A stretch of 64,000 nucleotides of DNA from Nitrospinales bacterium (lineage in GTDB: Bacteria; Nitrospinota; Nitrospinia; Nitrospinales; VA-1). Every line of letters begins with the position of its first letter. Within the stretch, counting starts at the first letter, position 1. Of this stretch, positions 30,829-41,605 are shown in pieces. The notes beneath the pieces were generated by a model. It searched no databases, was not told where the DNA came from, and saw only the letters and a program-made list of their open reading frames with translations. The translations under genes and the position numbers were made by a program. The stretch spans positions 2,336,001 to 2,400,000 of the forward strand of contig OZ253496.1 in assembly GCA_965262115.1 (NCBI GenBank). The letters run 5' to 3'.

Positions 30829-33756
30829 ATGGGATTTGAGCTCAACAAAAGTTATAGCGGATTCAAACTGACCCGGAAGAAGGAAATTGACGAGCTGAAA
30901 TCTCTCGGCCTTTTTTTTGAACATGAGGTCACCAAAGCTGAATTGATGGTTCTGGAAAATGATGATGATAACAAGGTGTTCAGCGCGACGTTCAGGACTC
31001 CGCCGGAAAACGATACCGGGATTGCCCATATCCTGGAACACAGTGTTTTATGCGGGTCTAAAAATTTTCCGGTCAAAGAACCCTTTGTCGAGCTTATGAA
31101 AGGAAGTTTGCAGACCTTTCTCAATGCAATGACCTTTCCTGACAAGACCATGTATCCCGTTGCCAGCAGAAACCGGAAAGATTTTTTCAACCTCATGAAT
31201 GTCTATCTGGATGCGGTTTTTTATCCCAATATTTCTGAAGAGACCTTCAAGCAGGAAGGCTGGCATTATGAGTTGAACAGCCCGGAAGATAAAATTGTTT
31301 ATAAAGGAGTGGTGTTCAATGAGATGAAAGGCGAATTCTCCAATCCGGAAAGCTGTATTGATCGCCAGTTGGCCCATTCCCTCTTTCCTTCCACCGCATA
31401 CGGATTTGAATCGGGGGGCGATCCCAAAAACATTCCCGACTTGACATATCGGGACTTCACGGAGTTTCACAGAAAGCATTATCATCCCTCCAACAGCAGA
31501 TTGTTTTTGTATGGAGATGGAGACACCCAAAGCTATCTTGAGTTTTTACAGGAAAAATATTTGAAGGATTTTGGGCTTATGGATATCAACACCTCCATTG
31601 CCCACCAGAGGTCTTTCAGGAAACCGAAAAGAAAATCCATGGCCTACCCGGTTTCCAGCGATGAATCGCTGGAGAAAAAGACCTATGTCCTGGTGGGCTA
31701 CAAGTTGGATAAGGCCATCAACCATGAACATTGCCTTGGGTTCAGCATACTGAGCCATCTCCTGCTGGGGTCTTCCGCGTCTCCTTTGAGAAAAGCCCTC
31801 ATCACTTCCGAGTTGGGCAGTGAAGTCATTGGCGGAGGGTTCGATGACAATCGCGCCGATACCATGTTTGCCGTGGGATTAAAAGGCACAGAGCCTGAGC
31901 ATGAAAACAAGATTCTTGCACTCATAGATTCGACCCTGCGCGAACTGGCGGAAGACGGAATAGAGGAAGATATGATCCTCTCGGCGGTCAATTCTATAGA
32001 CTTCAGGCTTCGGGAGGCCAATTTTGGCGGGTTCCCCAAAGGCATTGTTTATAACATTCAGGCATTGGGTTCATGGCTTTACGATAAAGATCCTTTCACC
32101 CATCTCAGATTTGAGAAAGTCATGCGGAAAATCAAAAAACATATGCATGAAGGATATTTCGAGGATTTGATTCACCGTTACCTGATTGAAAATAACCATC
32201 GCAGTATTCTGGTGGCCACGCCCAAACAGGGCCTTGGCAAGAAATGGGAAGCCAAGGAAAGAAAAATTTTGAAAACGGTTAAAGAGGAACTTGCCTCCGA
32301 TCAGATCGATAACATGATCGCAGAAACCCAAAAACTTCAGGAATTGCAATTGACTCCAGATTCTCCAGAAGCGCTTGCCACGCTGCCTTCGCTGGAGATT
32401 GAGGATGTTCCCAAAGAAATTGAAAAATATCCCCTAGAAATAAAAAATCAAGGTGACTCACAGATACTGTTTCATGACCTGTTCACCAATGACATTGCTT
32501 ACACCCAAATAGGATTCAATACGCACTCGGTACCGGCCGAAATGATTTCCTATATCCCGTTACTGGGAACTCTGGTGCTGGGGATGGGGACTCGCAGGCA
32601 TAGCTACTCGGAGATTTCCAAGTTGATCGGCATGCATACCGGCGGAATCCGCACTTCCCATTTTTCTTCGGCAACGGTTCAGGACCGTCAGCAGGTTCTC
32701 TCCTATATTTTTTTCAATGGCAAGGCGTTGATTGAAAAAGTGGGCAACCTGTTCGATCTTTTTGATGAACTGTTCGGTGAGTATAGTTTTGATGACACTA
32801 AACGACTGGTTGAAATCATTCGCAGTGCCAAGTCTGATATGGAAGATTCGATTGTCCCGCATGGCAATCATTATGTGTTGGCGAGACTTCAGTCCTACCA
32901 GTCTCGGCTCGGAAAGTTTGATGAGCTGACCGATGGGATCACCTATTACAAGTTTTTGGAGCAATTGCTGGAGCGTGTGGAGAAAAACCCGGCGGAGGTT
33001 GCTGGGCAGTTCCGACAGGTCGCCGAACGGGTCTTTACCCGCAAGAACGCTCTGTTTAATATCACCTCCGGGGAAAAGGATTACCAGATTATAGAAAAGA
33101 GAATCGTCGGGACGGTCGGCGTCCTTTCGGATAAGGAATGGAGTAGGGAGGAATGGGACCTGAAAGCGGCACCCCTGAACGAGGGTTTTTTGACTGCCAG
33201 TACCGTTCAGCATGTAGGCAAAGGGGCCAACCTGTATGATTTAGGATTCAAATATTCCGGCCAGTTTGAGGTGCTCAAAGGCCTTCTTGGAACAGGATTC
33301 TTATGGGACAAGGTTCGCGTGCATGGTGGCGCCTACGGCAGTGGCAACTCGTTCGATTTTTTTACCGGTGATTACAGCCTGGTTTCCTACCGCGACCCCA
33401 ACCTTTCCGAAACGTTGGCCGTCTATGATGAGATCGCGGACTTCCTGAATCATCTGGAACTGCCCTCTGAAGAACTGACCAAAATCATCATCGGCTGTGT
33501 TGGGAAAATGGACCCTCCTTTAACCGCCGACCGCAAAGGTTCGGCTTCCATGATCGATCATCTCACAGGCCGCACCCACGAATTGAAACAGAAAATTCGT
33601 GAAGAGTTGTTGTCCACCCAGCTGGAGGATTTGAAGGATTATGCCCCGCTGTTTGAAAAAATCCGCGACGGCGGCAATGTCTGTGCCCTGGGTAATGAGG
33701 ATAATCTCAAAAAATCCAAATCTGTCTTCGGCCAACTGGTTAAAGTCTTCCACTAG
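30829..33756 (+). CDS. M16C zinc peptidase (presequence protease-like)
   Basis: HxxEH (HILEHSVLCGS), FLNAMTFPDKT, VRVHGGAYG, SYRDP. Confidence 0.95.
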   Translation: MGFELNKSYSGFKLTRKKEIDELKSLGLFFEHEVTKAELMVLENDDDNKVFSATFRTPPENDTGIAHILEHSVLCGSKNFPVKEPFVELMKGSLQTFLNAMTFPDKTMYPVASRNRKDFFNLMNVYLDAVFYPNISEETFKQEGWHYELNSPEDKIVYKGVVFNEMKGEFSNPESCIDRQLAHSLFPSTAYGFESGGDPKNIPDLTYRDFTEFHRKHYHPSNSRLFLYGDGDTQSYLEFLQEKYLKDFGLMDINTSIAHQRSFRKPKRKSMAYPVSSDESLEKKTYVLVGYKLDKAINHEHCLGFSILSHLLLGSSASPLRKALITSELGSEVIGGGFDDNRADTMFAVGLKGTEPEHENKILALIDSTLRELAEDGIEEDMILSAVNSIDFRLREANFGGFPKGIVYNIQALGSWLYDKDPFTHLRFEKVMRKIKKHMHEGYFEDLIHRYLIENNHRSILVATPKQGLGKKWEAKERKILKTVKEELASDQIDNMIAETQKLQELQLTPDSPEALATLPSLEIEDVPKEIEKYPLEIKNQGDSQILFHDLFTNDIAYTQIGFNTHSVPAEMISYIPLLGTLVLGMGTRRHSYSEISKLIGMHTGGIRTSHFSSATVQDRQQVLSYIFFNGKALIEKVGNLFDLFDELFGEYSFDDTKRLVEIIRSAKSDMEDSIVPHGNHYVLARLQSYQSRLGKFDELTDGITYYKFLEQLLERVEKNPAEVAGQFRQVAERVFTRKNALFNITSGEKDYQIIEKRIVGTVGVLSDKEWSREEWDLKAAPLNEGFLTASTVQHVGKGANLYDLGFKYSGQFEVLKGLLGTGFLWDKVRVHGGAYGSGNSFDFFTGDYSLVSYRDPNLSETLAVYDEIADFLNHLELPSEELTKIIIGCVGKMDPPLTADRKGSASMIDHLTGRTHELKQKIREELLSTQLEDLKDYAPLFEKIRDGGNVCALGNEDNLKKSKSVFGQLVKVFH

Positions 33757-33802
33757 CCGGGCCACACCGGGTGATAGCTGGCTCCACGCCTTCGGCGGTC
33801 GC

Positions 33803-33844
33803 GTGTTATGCCCCCTCATTAGCTTTCATGCCCCGAAGGGATAG
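33803..33844 (+). repeat. REP-like repeat copy
   Basis: GTGTTATGCCCCCTCATTAGCTTTCATGCCCCGAAGGGATAG; near-identical to the reverse complement of 49288-49323. Confidence 0.8.
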
Positions 33845-34204
33845 TAAGCTTCACCGCCACATTGCCATCGGTCACTGGCCGAGCTTAAGTTTCGAGTGTT
33901 TCCTGTCGATAAATAGTACAGAAGAATTCCCTGTTGACAGGTGAGACATGAAGCTCAAGCGCAAAGAAATTCTGGACCTTTTAAGGTCATTTGGGGTGAG
34001 CCAGGTTTCCGGGTTGAAGAATGGTTGCCGCGATTACGAGACGTATTTTAAAAAGCGCCAGAGGCGGGAAGATCAGGCGTTCCATGCGTTCATAGAGACT
34101 TGGCGAACTTAGCGTAGAACCTCCGCAGGCCAGCGTAACGCTGGACTCAAAATGCAATGACCCAGGTTTGCTCAGTAGGGCACATTGTTGCAGGCTAGAT
34201 AAAG

Positions 34205-34801
34205 CTATTGCCCATTGCCCCCGGTCGCTGGCCGGTTGCTTATTAGGCCCCACGCCGAGTGGAAGGCTTTTTCCATTTCAGGCAGTTGGGCCAGTTCTGG
34301 GACCACTTCCAGATACCGGATGACCCCGTCACGGTCGAGCACAATGATGGCCCGTGCCAGCAGGCGGTTTTCCTCAATCAAAAGCCCGGTTGATCGACCA
34401 AACTCAGCATCCCGATAATCCGACAGAAACAGAATATTGTGAATATTGGCCTCTTTCGCGAAGCGTTTTTGTGCGAAAGGCAGATCCCTGCTGATCGTTA
34501 CCAGATTGGCGGTTTGATCCAGCCCCTTGTTCTCTTCGCTGAGTATGTGAGTCTGTTTTTCGCAGGTGGGAGTATCCAACGAGGGAACGACACTCAGTAT
34601 TGTCACCTTGCCTTTAAACGATTGCAGATCAATCATTTTCAAACCAAGGTCAGGGAGGCTGACAGTCGGGAGTGTTTGACCCACCCGCGCTTTTTCTCCC
34701 ATCAACGTCAGTGGTTTTCCTCTTAACGTTACCTCCTGCCCCCAACTCGATCCCGCAAAAATCAGGACCAGAATTAGACTTCCATATATTTTATGAAGCA
34801 T
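34205..34801 (-). CDS. tpx: Thiol peroxidase (Tpx family) with signal peptide
   Basis: VPSLDTPTC, ISRDLPFAQKRF, SDYR, LLARA. Confidence 0.9.
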   Translation of the reverse strand: MLHKIYGSLILVLIFAGSSWGQEVTLRGKPLTLMGEKARVGQTLPTVSLPDLGLKMIDLQSFKGKVTILSVVPSLDTPTCEKQTHILSEENKGLDQTANLVTISRDLPFAQKRFAKEANIHNILFLSDYRDAEFGRSTGLLIEENRLLARAIIVLDRDGVIRYLEVVPELAQLPEMEKAFHSAWGLISNRPATGGNGQ

Positions 34802-34910
34802 AATAAACTCTCCTTTTTATTAGACTTTTCTGCCACATCTTAACATTTTAGTGAGATGGCTTGCTTTTATTGAGCAAATGATGTGGCTCTGTTAAGATCA
34901 AAGTTAAATT

Positions 34911-35496
34911 ATGAATGGCACCATTACAGAACTAAAAAGAAATATCAAAGCCTGCACTCTTTGTGAAGCGGACCTTCCTTTTCCTGCAAACCCCATCTTC
35001 TCATTTTCCGCGACATCAAAAATACTCATCGTGGGGCAGGCACCGGGAATCAAAGTGCATGAATCCGGCACTCCATGGAACGATGCCAGCGGTGACAGGT
35101 TGCGCGAATGGATGCAGGTCTCGAAAGAACAATTCTATAACACGAAGTATTTTTCAATTGTGTCGATGGGGTTCTGCTACCCCGGAAAAGGTAAATCAGG
35201 GGATTTGCCTCCCCGTCCTGAATGCGCTGAAAAATGGATGTCACCTATCCTTGAGAAATTGCCCAAGCGGCAACTGACTCTTCTAATCGGCCAATACGCG
35301 CAAGGCTGGTTTTTGAAGTCCCGCAAAAAACCGACCCTGACAGAAACGGTAAAAAAACTGGAAACTTTACCTGCCCGAGTATTTTGTTTTGCCTCACCCT
35401 TCACCACGCAATAATATCTGGCTCAAGAAAAACCCGTGGTTCGAAAAAAAGCTGGTGCCACAGTTGGAAAAAAGAATCACCGAGTACCTGTCGTGA
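34911..35496 (+). CDS. Uracil-DNA glycosylase superfamily protein, frameshifted in A7 run (35351-35357)
   Basis: GQAPG, WNDASGDRLR, FCYPG..GDLPP; C-terminus NWKLYLPEYFVLPHPSPRNNIWLKKNPWFE continues in another frame. Confidence 0.88.
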
Positions 35497-35499
35497 CAA

Positions 35500-37872
35500 T
35501 CAAAACTCGACGACAGTGACCCCATCGCCGCCTTCGTGGCGCGAACCAGGGGTGAACTGTTTGCAGAGCCCGGCCTTTTCCAGATAATTGCGTACCAGAG
35601 TCTTAATCGTTCCCATACCATGACCGTGAATGATGCGCACTCTCTGCGCTTTCTGCACAATGGCCCGGCTGATGAAAGCTTCCATAACCGCTTCGGCTTC
35701 TTCTGAGTTCATGCCCCTTAAATCACAGGAGGACACCGAACCGCCCTCTGACTCGGTATGGACAGTCAATGAAAATTTTTTTTCGGATTTTTTGCCCTTT
35801 TGTCGCGAGTTACCACGAAGGGCGCTGGCTTCAACAATAGTTGTGATATTGCCCATTTGCACCCGCAGTTTTTTCTTTCCTTCAGGGGGTTCCAGAAGGG
35901 TGCCGAGGGTGCCCAGGTTCAAAATTAAAACCGGGTCTCCGGTTTTCAGGTTTCCGGCTGGTAGGGACCATTCGTCGATATCGTCCACTTTCGGAGACAG
36001 AGGCACCTGACTCATGGATTGCATTTGCTTTTCCACCTTGCGGATTTTGGGAAGGTCTTTTTCGCCTTTGATCTCTTGAATCATTTTCTGGATTTCAGCT
36101 TTTCCGGCACGCACTTCCGCCTGTAATTTTTTGGTTTTGTTTTTTTGAAAATCCTTTTCTTCATCCCGCAGTCGATGAGTCAGGATTTTCTGTTCCCTCG
36201 CCAGGAATTCAACTTCATCCTTCCGCTGTTTTATTTCTTCCCGATCCCGGCTTAGTTCCAGTCTCTGGCGGGTCAAATCTGCGAGCAGGTCTTCGGCACG
36301 GTTCTCTTTGGCCTGATACAAACTGCGAGCCTGATCGATGATGTTTTTTTGAAGGCCCAGTCGCTCGGCGGTGTCAAGGGCGGCGCTTTGCCCCGGCGCT
36401 CCAAAGATCAATCGGTAGGTGGGACTCAACGTGTCGAGATCAAACTCCGTGCAGGCATTGAGGAAACCTTCGTGAGTTTGCGCCAGAATCTTTAAAGTAA
36501 AATAGTGGGTGGAGACCAATGTTATGACATTTTTGCTTTTAAGATCAAAAAGAATGGCTTCTGCCAGAGCCGCTCCTTCTTGTGGGTCGGTGGCAATTCC
36601 CAACTCGTCCAGAAGTACCAGGGAACCCGAGTCAACATGATTCAGAATATGAACAATTTTTTTCAAGTGTCCGGAAAAAGTAGATAGCTTTAATTGAATA
36701 TTCTGGTCATCACCGATGTCGGAATAAACCTTCGGGAAAAACGGGATACTGGAACTCCCTTTAACGGGAAGATACAGCCCCATCCTGGCCATGAGAGCCA
36801 GCAGACCCAGAGTTTTTAGCGTTACGGTTTTACCTCCAGTATTGGGGCCGGAAATGATCACCACTCGAACCGAGTCGTCCCACTCAATGGTATTGGGAAT
36901 CACCGTTTCACCATCCAGAACCAGTTCCGGATTCCGGGCTTCCTTAAGCTCCATGATCGAGTCACGGTTCATGGGGCAGTTCACCGCCGACATGGTTTTA
37001 GCCAGACGGGCTTTGGCGTGAATGAGATCCAGAGATACCAGTGTCTCAAGATTTCTTTCCAGTGGTTCCTGGAACTGCCGGGTTTGAAGGGCCAGAGCTT
37101 GCAGGATTTTAATTTTTTCCTGCATGACTTGAAGCCGGGCTATTTTCAATTGATTGTTCAGCGGCACGATGGAAGTGGGCTCTATAAACAGAGTCTGTCC
37201 TGTTCCTGAACTATCATGCACAATGCCGTCCACTCGGGACTTGAACTCCGCCCGCACCGGGATGACCATACGCTCCTCACGTTCGGTGATGTACGAATCC
37301 TGCAGCGCTTCGCGGATGCTATCCGAATTGAGGAGACGTTGCAGGCGTTCTTCCAGTTTGCTTTTTGTGGTGTCAGCATTACGTAGAGCCTGGCGCAGTT
37401 CCGGTGTGGCATTTTCCCGGATGTTCCCCTCATCATCGATACAACGGACCAGATCATTGAAAAACTCTTTGAGGGGATTAAGTCTTTCCAGCCAGGACAG
37501 CAAGCGGGGATAAATGGGTTTTTTATCTCGACATAGATTTCGACACAATCGCAAAAGTTTGATGACCGACAGGCATTGCTCCGGCTCGATCATTTTTTGT
37601 TCTTCAACAGCCTGGAAAACAGGGCGAAGGTCCTCAAACCGATCCATAGGAAAGGAGTCCAAAGAATCCAGCAAGACCACCATCTCGGCGGTTTCTTCGA
37701 GCAGGGTTTGTGCTGAATCAAAATCCTCTTCGGGTTTTAAATCCTGGCAGTGATCCTGCGTGATGGGGGAGCAGGCATGGTTTGCCAATGCCGAAGCCAC
37801 TCTGCCCCAGCCCAAAAGCTGCATGGATTTTTCAATCAGATGAACTGAGTCGGATGATGGTGTGTCGCTCAT
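35500..37872 (-). CDS. mutS2: Endonuclease MutS2
   Basis: SGPNTGGKT, DIGDDQ, LSTFSGH, C-terminal Smr domain (DLRG, IIHGHG). Confidence 0.96.
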   Translation of the reverse strand: MSDTPSSDSVHLIEKSMQLLGWGRVASALANHACSPITQDHCQDLKPEEDFDSAQTLLEETAEMVVLLDSLDSFPMDRFEDLRPVFQAVEEQKMIEPEQCLSVIKLLRLCRNLCRDKKPIYPRLLSWLERLNPLKEFFNDLVRCIDDEGNIRENATPELRQALRNADTTKSKLEERLQRLLNSDSIREALQDSYITEREERMVIPVRAEFKSRVDGIVHDSSGTGQTLFIEPTSIVPLNNQLKIARLQVMQEKIKILQALALQTRQFQEPLERNLETLVSLDLIHAKARLAKTMSAVNCPMNRDSIMELKEARNPELVLDGETVIPNTIEWDDSVRVVIISGPNTGGKTVTLKTLGLLALMARMGLYLPVKGSSSIPFFPKVYSDIGDDQNIQLKLSTFSGHLKKIVHILNHVDSGSLVLLDELGIATDPQEGAALAEAILFDLKSKNVITLVSTHYFTLKILAQTHEGFLNACTEFDLDTLSPTYRLIFGAPGQSAALDTAERLGLQKNIIDQARSLYQAKENRAEDLLADLTRQRLELSRDREEIKQRKDEVEFLAREQKILTHRLRDEEKDFQKNKTKKLQAEVRAGKAEIQKMIQEIKGEKDLPKIRKVEKQMQSMSQVPLSPKVDDIDEWSLPAGNLKTGDPVLILNLGTLGTLLEPPEGKKKLRVQMGNITTIVEASALRGNSRQKGKKSEKKFSLTVHTESEGGSVSSCDLRGMNSEEAEAVMEAFISRAIVQKAQRVRIIHGHGMGTIKTLVRNYLEKAGLCKQFTPGSRHEGGDGVTVVEF

Positions 37873-37880
37873 AACATGGA

Positions 37881-39200
37881 TTACACTAAGGTGGACTCGA
37901 TAAGAATGCTCACTCGGGCGTCATAAAGGCGGTTGGGGTCGCGAAAATGTTTATATCCATACAAAAGAACCGCGAGATCTTTTTCGACTTTCTTTTTATA
38001 GCTGGTCTTTTTTTCTCCAGGGATAAGCGTACTGCCATGAATCTGGAGTTTTTGTGTGGTGATGGTGACGGGTTTATCGAAGTCAATGGTTTCGCTATTG
38101 AAATACAAATCATATTTAATGATGTGCTGGCCCATCACTTCAAACTGGTTTTGTCCTTTACGGGTGGCAAACAGGGTGGCGATTTTGCCATCACGTTTAA
38201 TCGGGTTTGGGCTTTCTGGTCCGGGCAGTTCCAGCAAGGCAAGGTCCTGTCCTTGAATCAGCCGGGCCCAGTGGATCGCACCGAGGTGGTTGCCTTCCCG
38301 GGTCATGCGCACAACATCAGGGTTCAACCTGCGTTTCTGTTTTCCAATCCATTCCACCATTGCAGGCACTTCCGATTCGGGCAGGAAATGGCCGCCGTGT
38401 GCCGTGCCTTTTTCTCCATGCTCCAGGTAGCGGACGGGGTATTTCATATCGGAGAGAATTTTATGAATTCGTCGGCTGAGCTGGATAGGGAAAATAGGAT
38501 CGTGCGCGCCTTGAATCATATAAATCGGCGTGTTGCGTAGATTCACCAGAAAATGCATGTACCGGGGCGTGATGCTTCCGGCAATGGGAATCAGTCCGGC
38601 AAATCGGTCCGGATAAAACATGCCGATCATGTAAGCGCCGATAGCGCCATTGGACAACCCGGCAAGAAAAACCCTATCTGAATCTATATTGTATTTTTCA
38701 CGAACCTGATCGATGAGTCTGAGTACCATTTCCTCGGCGGGCCGGGCCCACCAGGCCCCCATCGGGTAAGTGGGACACAATACCGCAACCTTTTTATTCA
38801 GACGTTCAACCCAGGCCGGAATGGTGTTGGCACCGCTACCGCCCAGCCCATGCAAGATGACTACGAGTGGAATCTTTTCATCCGATCCCGATGGCTCGGG
38901 AAGAAACAAGGCATAAGGATAGTCTTTTCCATTATGGGTGATCTGTAAATTTTTTTGAAGTCCAACCGGGCCCGGGTTTTTCCTTGCCCGTGCGCGTAGG
39001 ATGGATTTGATGGTTTCGTGTTGTACCTGGCCCGACTGCAAGCGTTTCAGCACCTGGATTTCCACATCGGGGTCCTGGGTGGAAATAAACAAATCCACTT
39101 CCGACTTGATGTCCAGTGTTTCCCGTACCTTGCCGGACTCCTGCACCGCAGAGCACGCCACGACAAACAGCAGGATCAAACTCATTTTCAGGGTATTCAT
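37881..39200 (-). CDS. Lipoprotein alpha/beta hydrolase (esterase/peptidase-like)
   Basis: Lipobox VVAC, LHGLGG, GLSNG nucleophile motif, GAHDP, GGH. Confidence 0.8.
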   Translation of the reverse strand: MNTLKMSLILLFVVACSAVQESGKVRETLDIKSEVDLFISTQDPDVEIQVLKRLQSGQVQHETIKSILRARARKNPGPVGLQKNLQITHNGKDYPYALFLPEPSGSDEKIPLVVILHGLGGSGANTIPAWVERLNKKVAVLCPTYPMGAWWARPAEEMVLRLIDQVREKYNIDSDRVFLAGLSNGAIGAYMIGMFYPDRFAGLIPIAGSITPRYMHFLVNLRNTPIYMIQGAHDPIFPIQLSRRIHKILSDMKYPVRYLEHGEKGTAHGGHFLPESEVPAMVEWIGKQKRRLNPDVVRMTREGNHLGAIHWARLIQGQDLALLELPGPESPNPIKRDGKIATLFATRKGQNQFEVMGQHIIKYDLYFNSETIDFDKPVTITTQKLQIHGSTLIPGEKKTSYKKKVEKDLAVLLYGYKHFRDPNRLYDARVSILIESTLV

Positions 39201-39441
39201 GCTTTACACAGTATCGAACTTTAAAATCTTTGTAAAGGCTTTAGGGTTGGCCTAAATGATTAATTTTATTGGAATTTTCTGTCCTCATGCGGTAAGATTT
39301 ATCTCTGTTTAGCCACGTTGTTCAATTTTTTAGGAGCCCTTCAAAAATTTCCTGCGGCCGTGAGCGTACCCTTTGAAAAAGGAACGCGAATTGCCAGTCG
39401 AAAAATATTAAATTAACAAACAGATATTTTAAATCTTCTTA

Positions 39442-40236
39442 ATGGCCTGCCTGATGAATTCATTAAAAGCACTGGTTCAAACTCTGGTTAAAACTCTCAA
39501 TCTGGGAACTCTCTCGCTTGGAAAATGTCGAATGGATGCAGGGGAACCTGCCGCACTGACCCGGATGTTCACGTTAAAGAAAAATGGGATGGATTATGTG
39601 GGGCAGGTCCGGGTGCGTCCCGGGTACCCGGCCGTTCGCATCGAAGTCTTCAATGAAAATTATTTTGAGGAGTTCGACCAGCCTGAATCGGCTGTGCTCG
39701 ACAATCTGGCCGGGAAAGTTCTGGGTCGGTTGTTAAAGGATAAAGAATTGCCGGAAGCGGTGAAAACTTCTATCCGTGAATATATTGAAGAGCAGGAATC
39801 GAGTGGCGAGAAAGAAGAAGTTATTGAATCCGGAAACGAACGCGATCTGGATAAAATTTTTGAGCGTTTGAATCAGGAGTATTTCAGTGACCGGATTCAA
39901 GCCAAGGTCATGTGGGGGCGCGATGTGAAATCGCGGAACAAAAGTGGTTTTCGCTATGGCTCCTATGATGAGGGAAAAAAACTCATCCGGGTTCATCCAC
40001 GGTTGAAGCAGGACTTTGTGCCTCTGTGCGTGTTGGAACTCACTGTCTACCATGAAATGTGCCACCAGTTTGCCCCGTCTTATAAAAGGAATGGAACCTG
40101 GCAGAGCCATCACCCTGAATTTAAAAAGAAAGAGCGGGAGTACAAGGACTTCAAAGACGCCCGCAACTGGGAGAAGCACAACTGGCATCGTTTACTCCTT
40201 CCCGCCGAAGAAAACGCCGAATTGGTGACAGCCTAA
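39442..40236 (+). CDS. SprT-like zinc metalloprotease domain protein
   Basis: DLDKIFERLNQEYF, IRVHP, YHEMCH, HHPEF. Confidence 0.8.
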   Translation: MACLMNSLKALVQTLVKTLNLGTLSLGKCRMDAGEPAALTRMFTLKKNGMDYVGQVRVRPGYPAVRIEVFNENYFEEFDQPESAVLDNLAGKVLGRLLKDKELPEAVKTSIREYIEEQESSGEKEEVIESGNERDLDKIFERLNQEYFSDRIQAKVMWGRDVKSRNKSGFRYGSYDEGKKLIRVHPRLKQDFVPLCVLELTVYHEMCHQFAPSYKRNGTWQSHHPEFKKKEREYKDFKDARNWEKHNWHRLLLPAEENAELVTA

Positions 40237-40330
40237 CCCTCTGGGCTATGAAGCTATTGCTAGTTGTCTTCAGCGTCACGCTGATCCCCATTGCAATTAC
40301 CACTGATTTGGCCTAAATTGGTTCCACGCC

Positions 40331-40669
40331 ATGAAAATGATCAAATGCTACATTCAGTATGAAAAACTGGAAGCGCTCCGGGAAAAGCTTTTTGAACTGG
40401 GAGTACCTGGAATTTCTGTGGTCGATGCCAAAGGCATTGGCAAACCGATGAGCCATTTAAAATCAGACCCCGAATTGAAGGTTCCTCAATTCCATCCCTG
40501 CGTGGAAATTTCGGTGGTTCTTGAAGCCGAAGCGGTGGATGAAGTGGTGGACATGATTGTGAAGACGGTGCATACCGGTGGCTTGAGCGATGGGAAGGTT
40601 TTTGTCCTGCCGGTTGAAGAGGCCGTCCGGGTCCGCACCGGGGAACGGGGCAAGCAGGCCCTCTACTAG
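40331..40669 (+). CDS. P-II family signalling protein (non-canonical T-loop)
   Basis: MKMIKCYI, HTGGLSDGKVFVLPVEEAVRVRTGERG; 112 aa. Confidence 0.9.
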   Translation: MKMIKCYIQYEKLEALREKLFELGVPGISVVDAKGIGKPMSHLKSDPELKVPQFHPCVEISVVLEAEAVDEVVDMIVKTVHTGGLSDGKVFVLPVEEAVRVRTGERGKQALY

Positions 40670-40685
40670 TTAAGGCAAGCTTCCG

Positions 40686-41366
40686 TTGATTGCTGAAAAT
40701 CTCACCGAGGTTTTGGAAAGGATTTCCCAGGCCACCCAAAAGTCGGGAAGAGAACCGGGCAGTGCCCGTCTGGTTACAGTTTCCAAACAAGTAGATATTG
40801 CCCAAATAGGTGAAGCCGGTACTGCCGGGGCCGTGATATTCGGCGAGAATAAAATCCAGGAAGCGGTTCCCAAGATAGAGCAAATGGGATCGCAAGATAT
40901 TATCTGGCATTTTATCGGCCACTTGCAAAAGAACAAGGTCAAGTTTCTCGATGAGCGCTTTGACTTGATCCACTCGGTGGACAGCCTCGAACTGGCGGAG
41001 AAAATCGCTAAACAGTGCCAGTCAGAAAACCGGGTACAGAGGGTTTTGTTGCAGGTCAATGTTTCCGGCGAAACCGCAAAGTTTGGCATGGAACCGGGCG
41101 AACTGGAAAAGCAGATGGATGATTTTTCCCGGTTGCAAGGGATCATGGTTGAGGGCCTGATGACTATCCCGCCTTTCCACCCCGACCCGGAAAATTCCCG
41201 TAAGCATTTTTCCCGGTTGCGGGAGCTTCGTGAGCAATGCGAAAAACAGAACGGAGTTTCCCTTCACGAACTTTCCATGGGCATGAGCGACGATTTTGAG
41301 GTCGCGGTGGAAGAGGGGGCGACCCTGGTTCGCGTCGGAACAGCTATTTTTGGCCCCCGCCACTAG
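40686..41366 (+). CDS. yggS: PLP homeostasis protein YggS
   Basis: VTVSK, FGENKIQE, WHFIGHLQKNK, LSMGMSDD, VRVGTAIFG. Confidence 0.96.
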   Translation: MIAENLTEVLERISQATQKSGREPGSARLVTVSKQVDIAQIGEAGTAGAVIFGENKIQEAVPKIEQMGSQDIIWHFIGHLQKNKVKFLDERFDLIHSVDSLELAEKIAKQCQSENRVQRVLLQVNVSGETAKFGMEPGELEKQMDDFSRLQGIMVEGLMTIPPFHPDPENSRKHFSRLRELREQCEKQNGVSLHELSMGMSDDFEVAVEEGATLVRVGTAIFGPRH

Positions 41367-41466
41367 GCGTTGGGCCAGTGAGCCGCCAACATAGTTCCCT
41401 CTTTGTCAAAGAGGGCTAGGGTGATTTACCAAGGGGTCTACTTTTAATTAAAACTTCCTCTGAGAA

Positions 41467-41526
41467 GTACCCCTCCAGGGCATGTGGGATGCCTTCTTCA
41501 TTTGTCTTCATGCCCGGAGCGGGTAA
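41467..41526. repeat. Inverted pair of REP-like repeat copies
   Basis: GTACCCCTCCAGGGCATG followed by TTCATGCCCGGAGCGGGTA. Confidence 0.7.
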
Positions 41527-41605
41527 AGACAAAGGTGAAATATCGCAGGAGAGAATGGGGTAAATAAATGTTTCCAGATTTAAAATCAACGGGGAGAACA
41601 ACCTT

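Noticed and set aside
33948..34112. 54-aa ORF MKLKRKEILDLLRSFG…, possibly a HicA-like remnant
   Set aside because: Only a weak N-terminal resemblance; no conserved GSH/His motif and no partner gene
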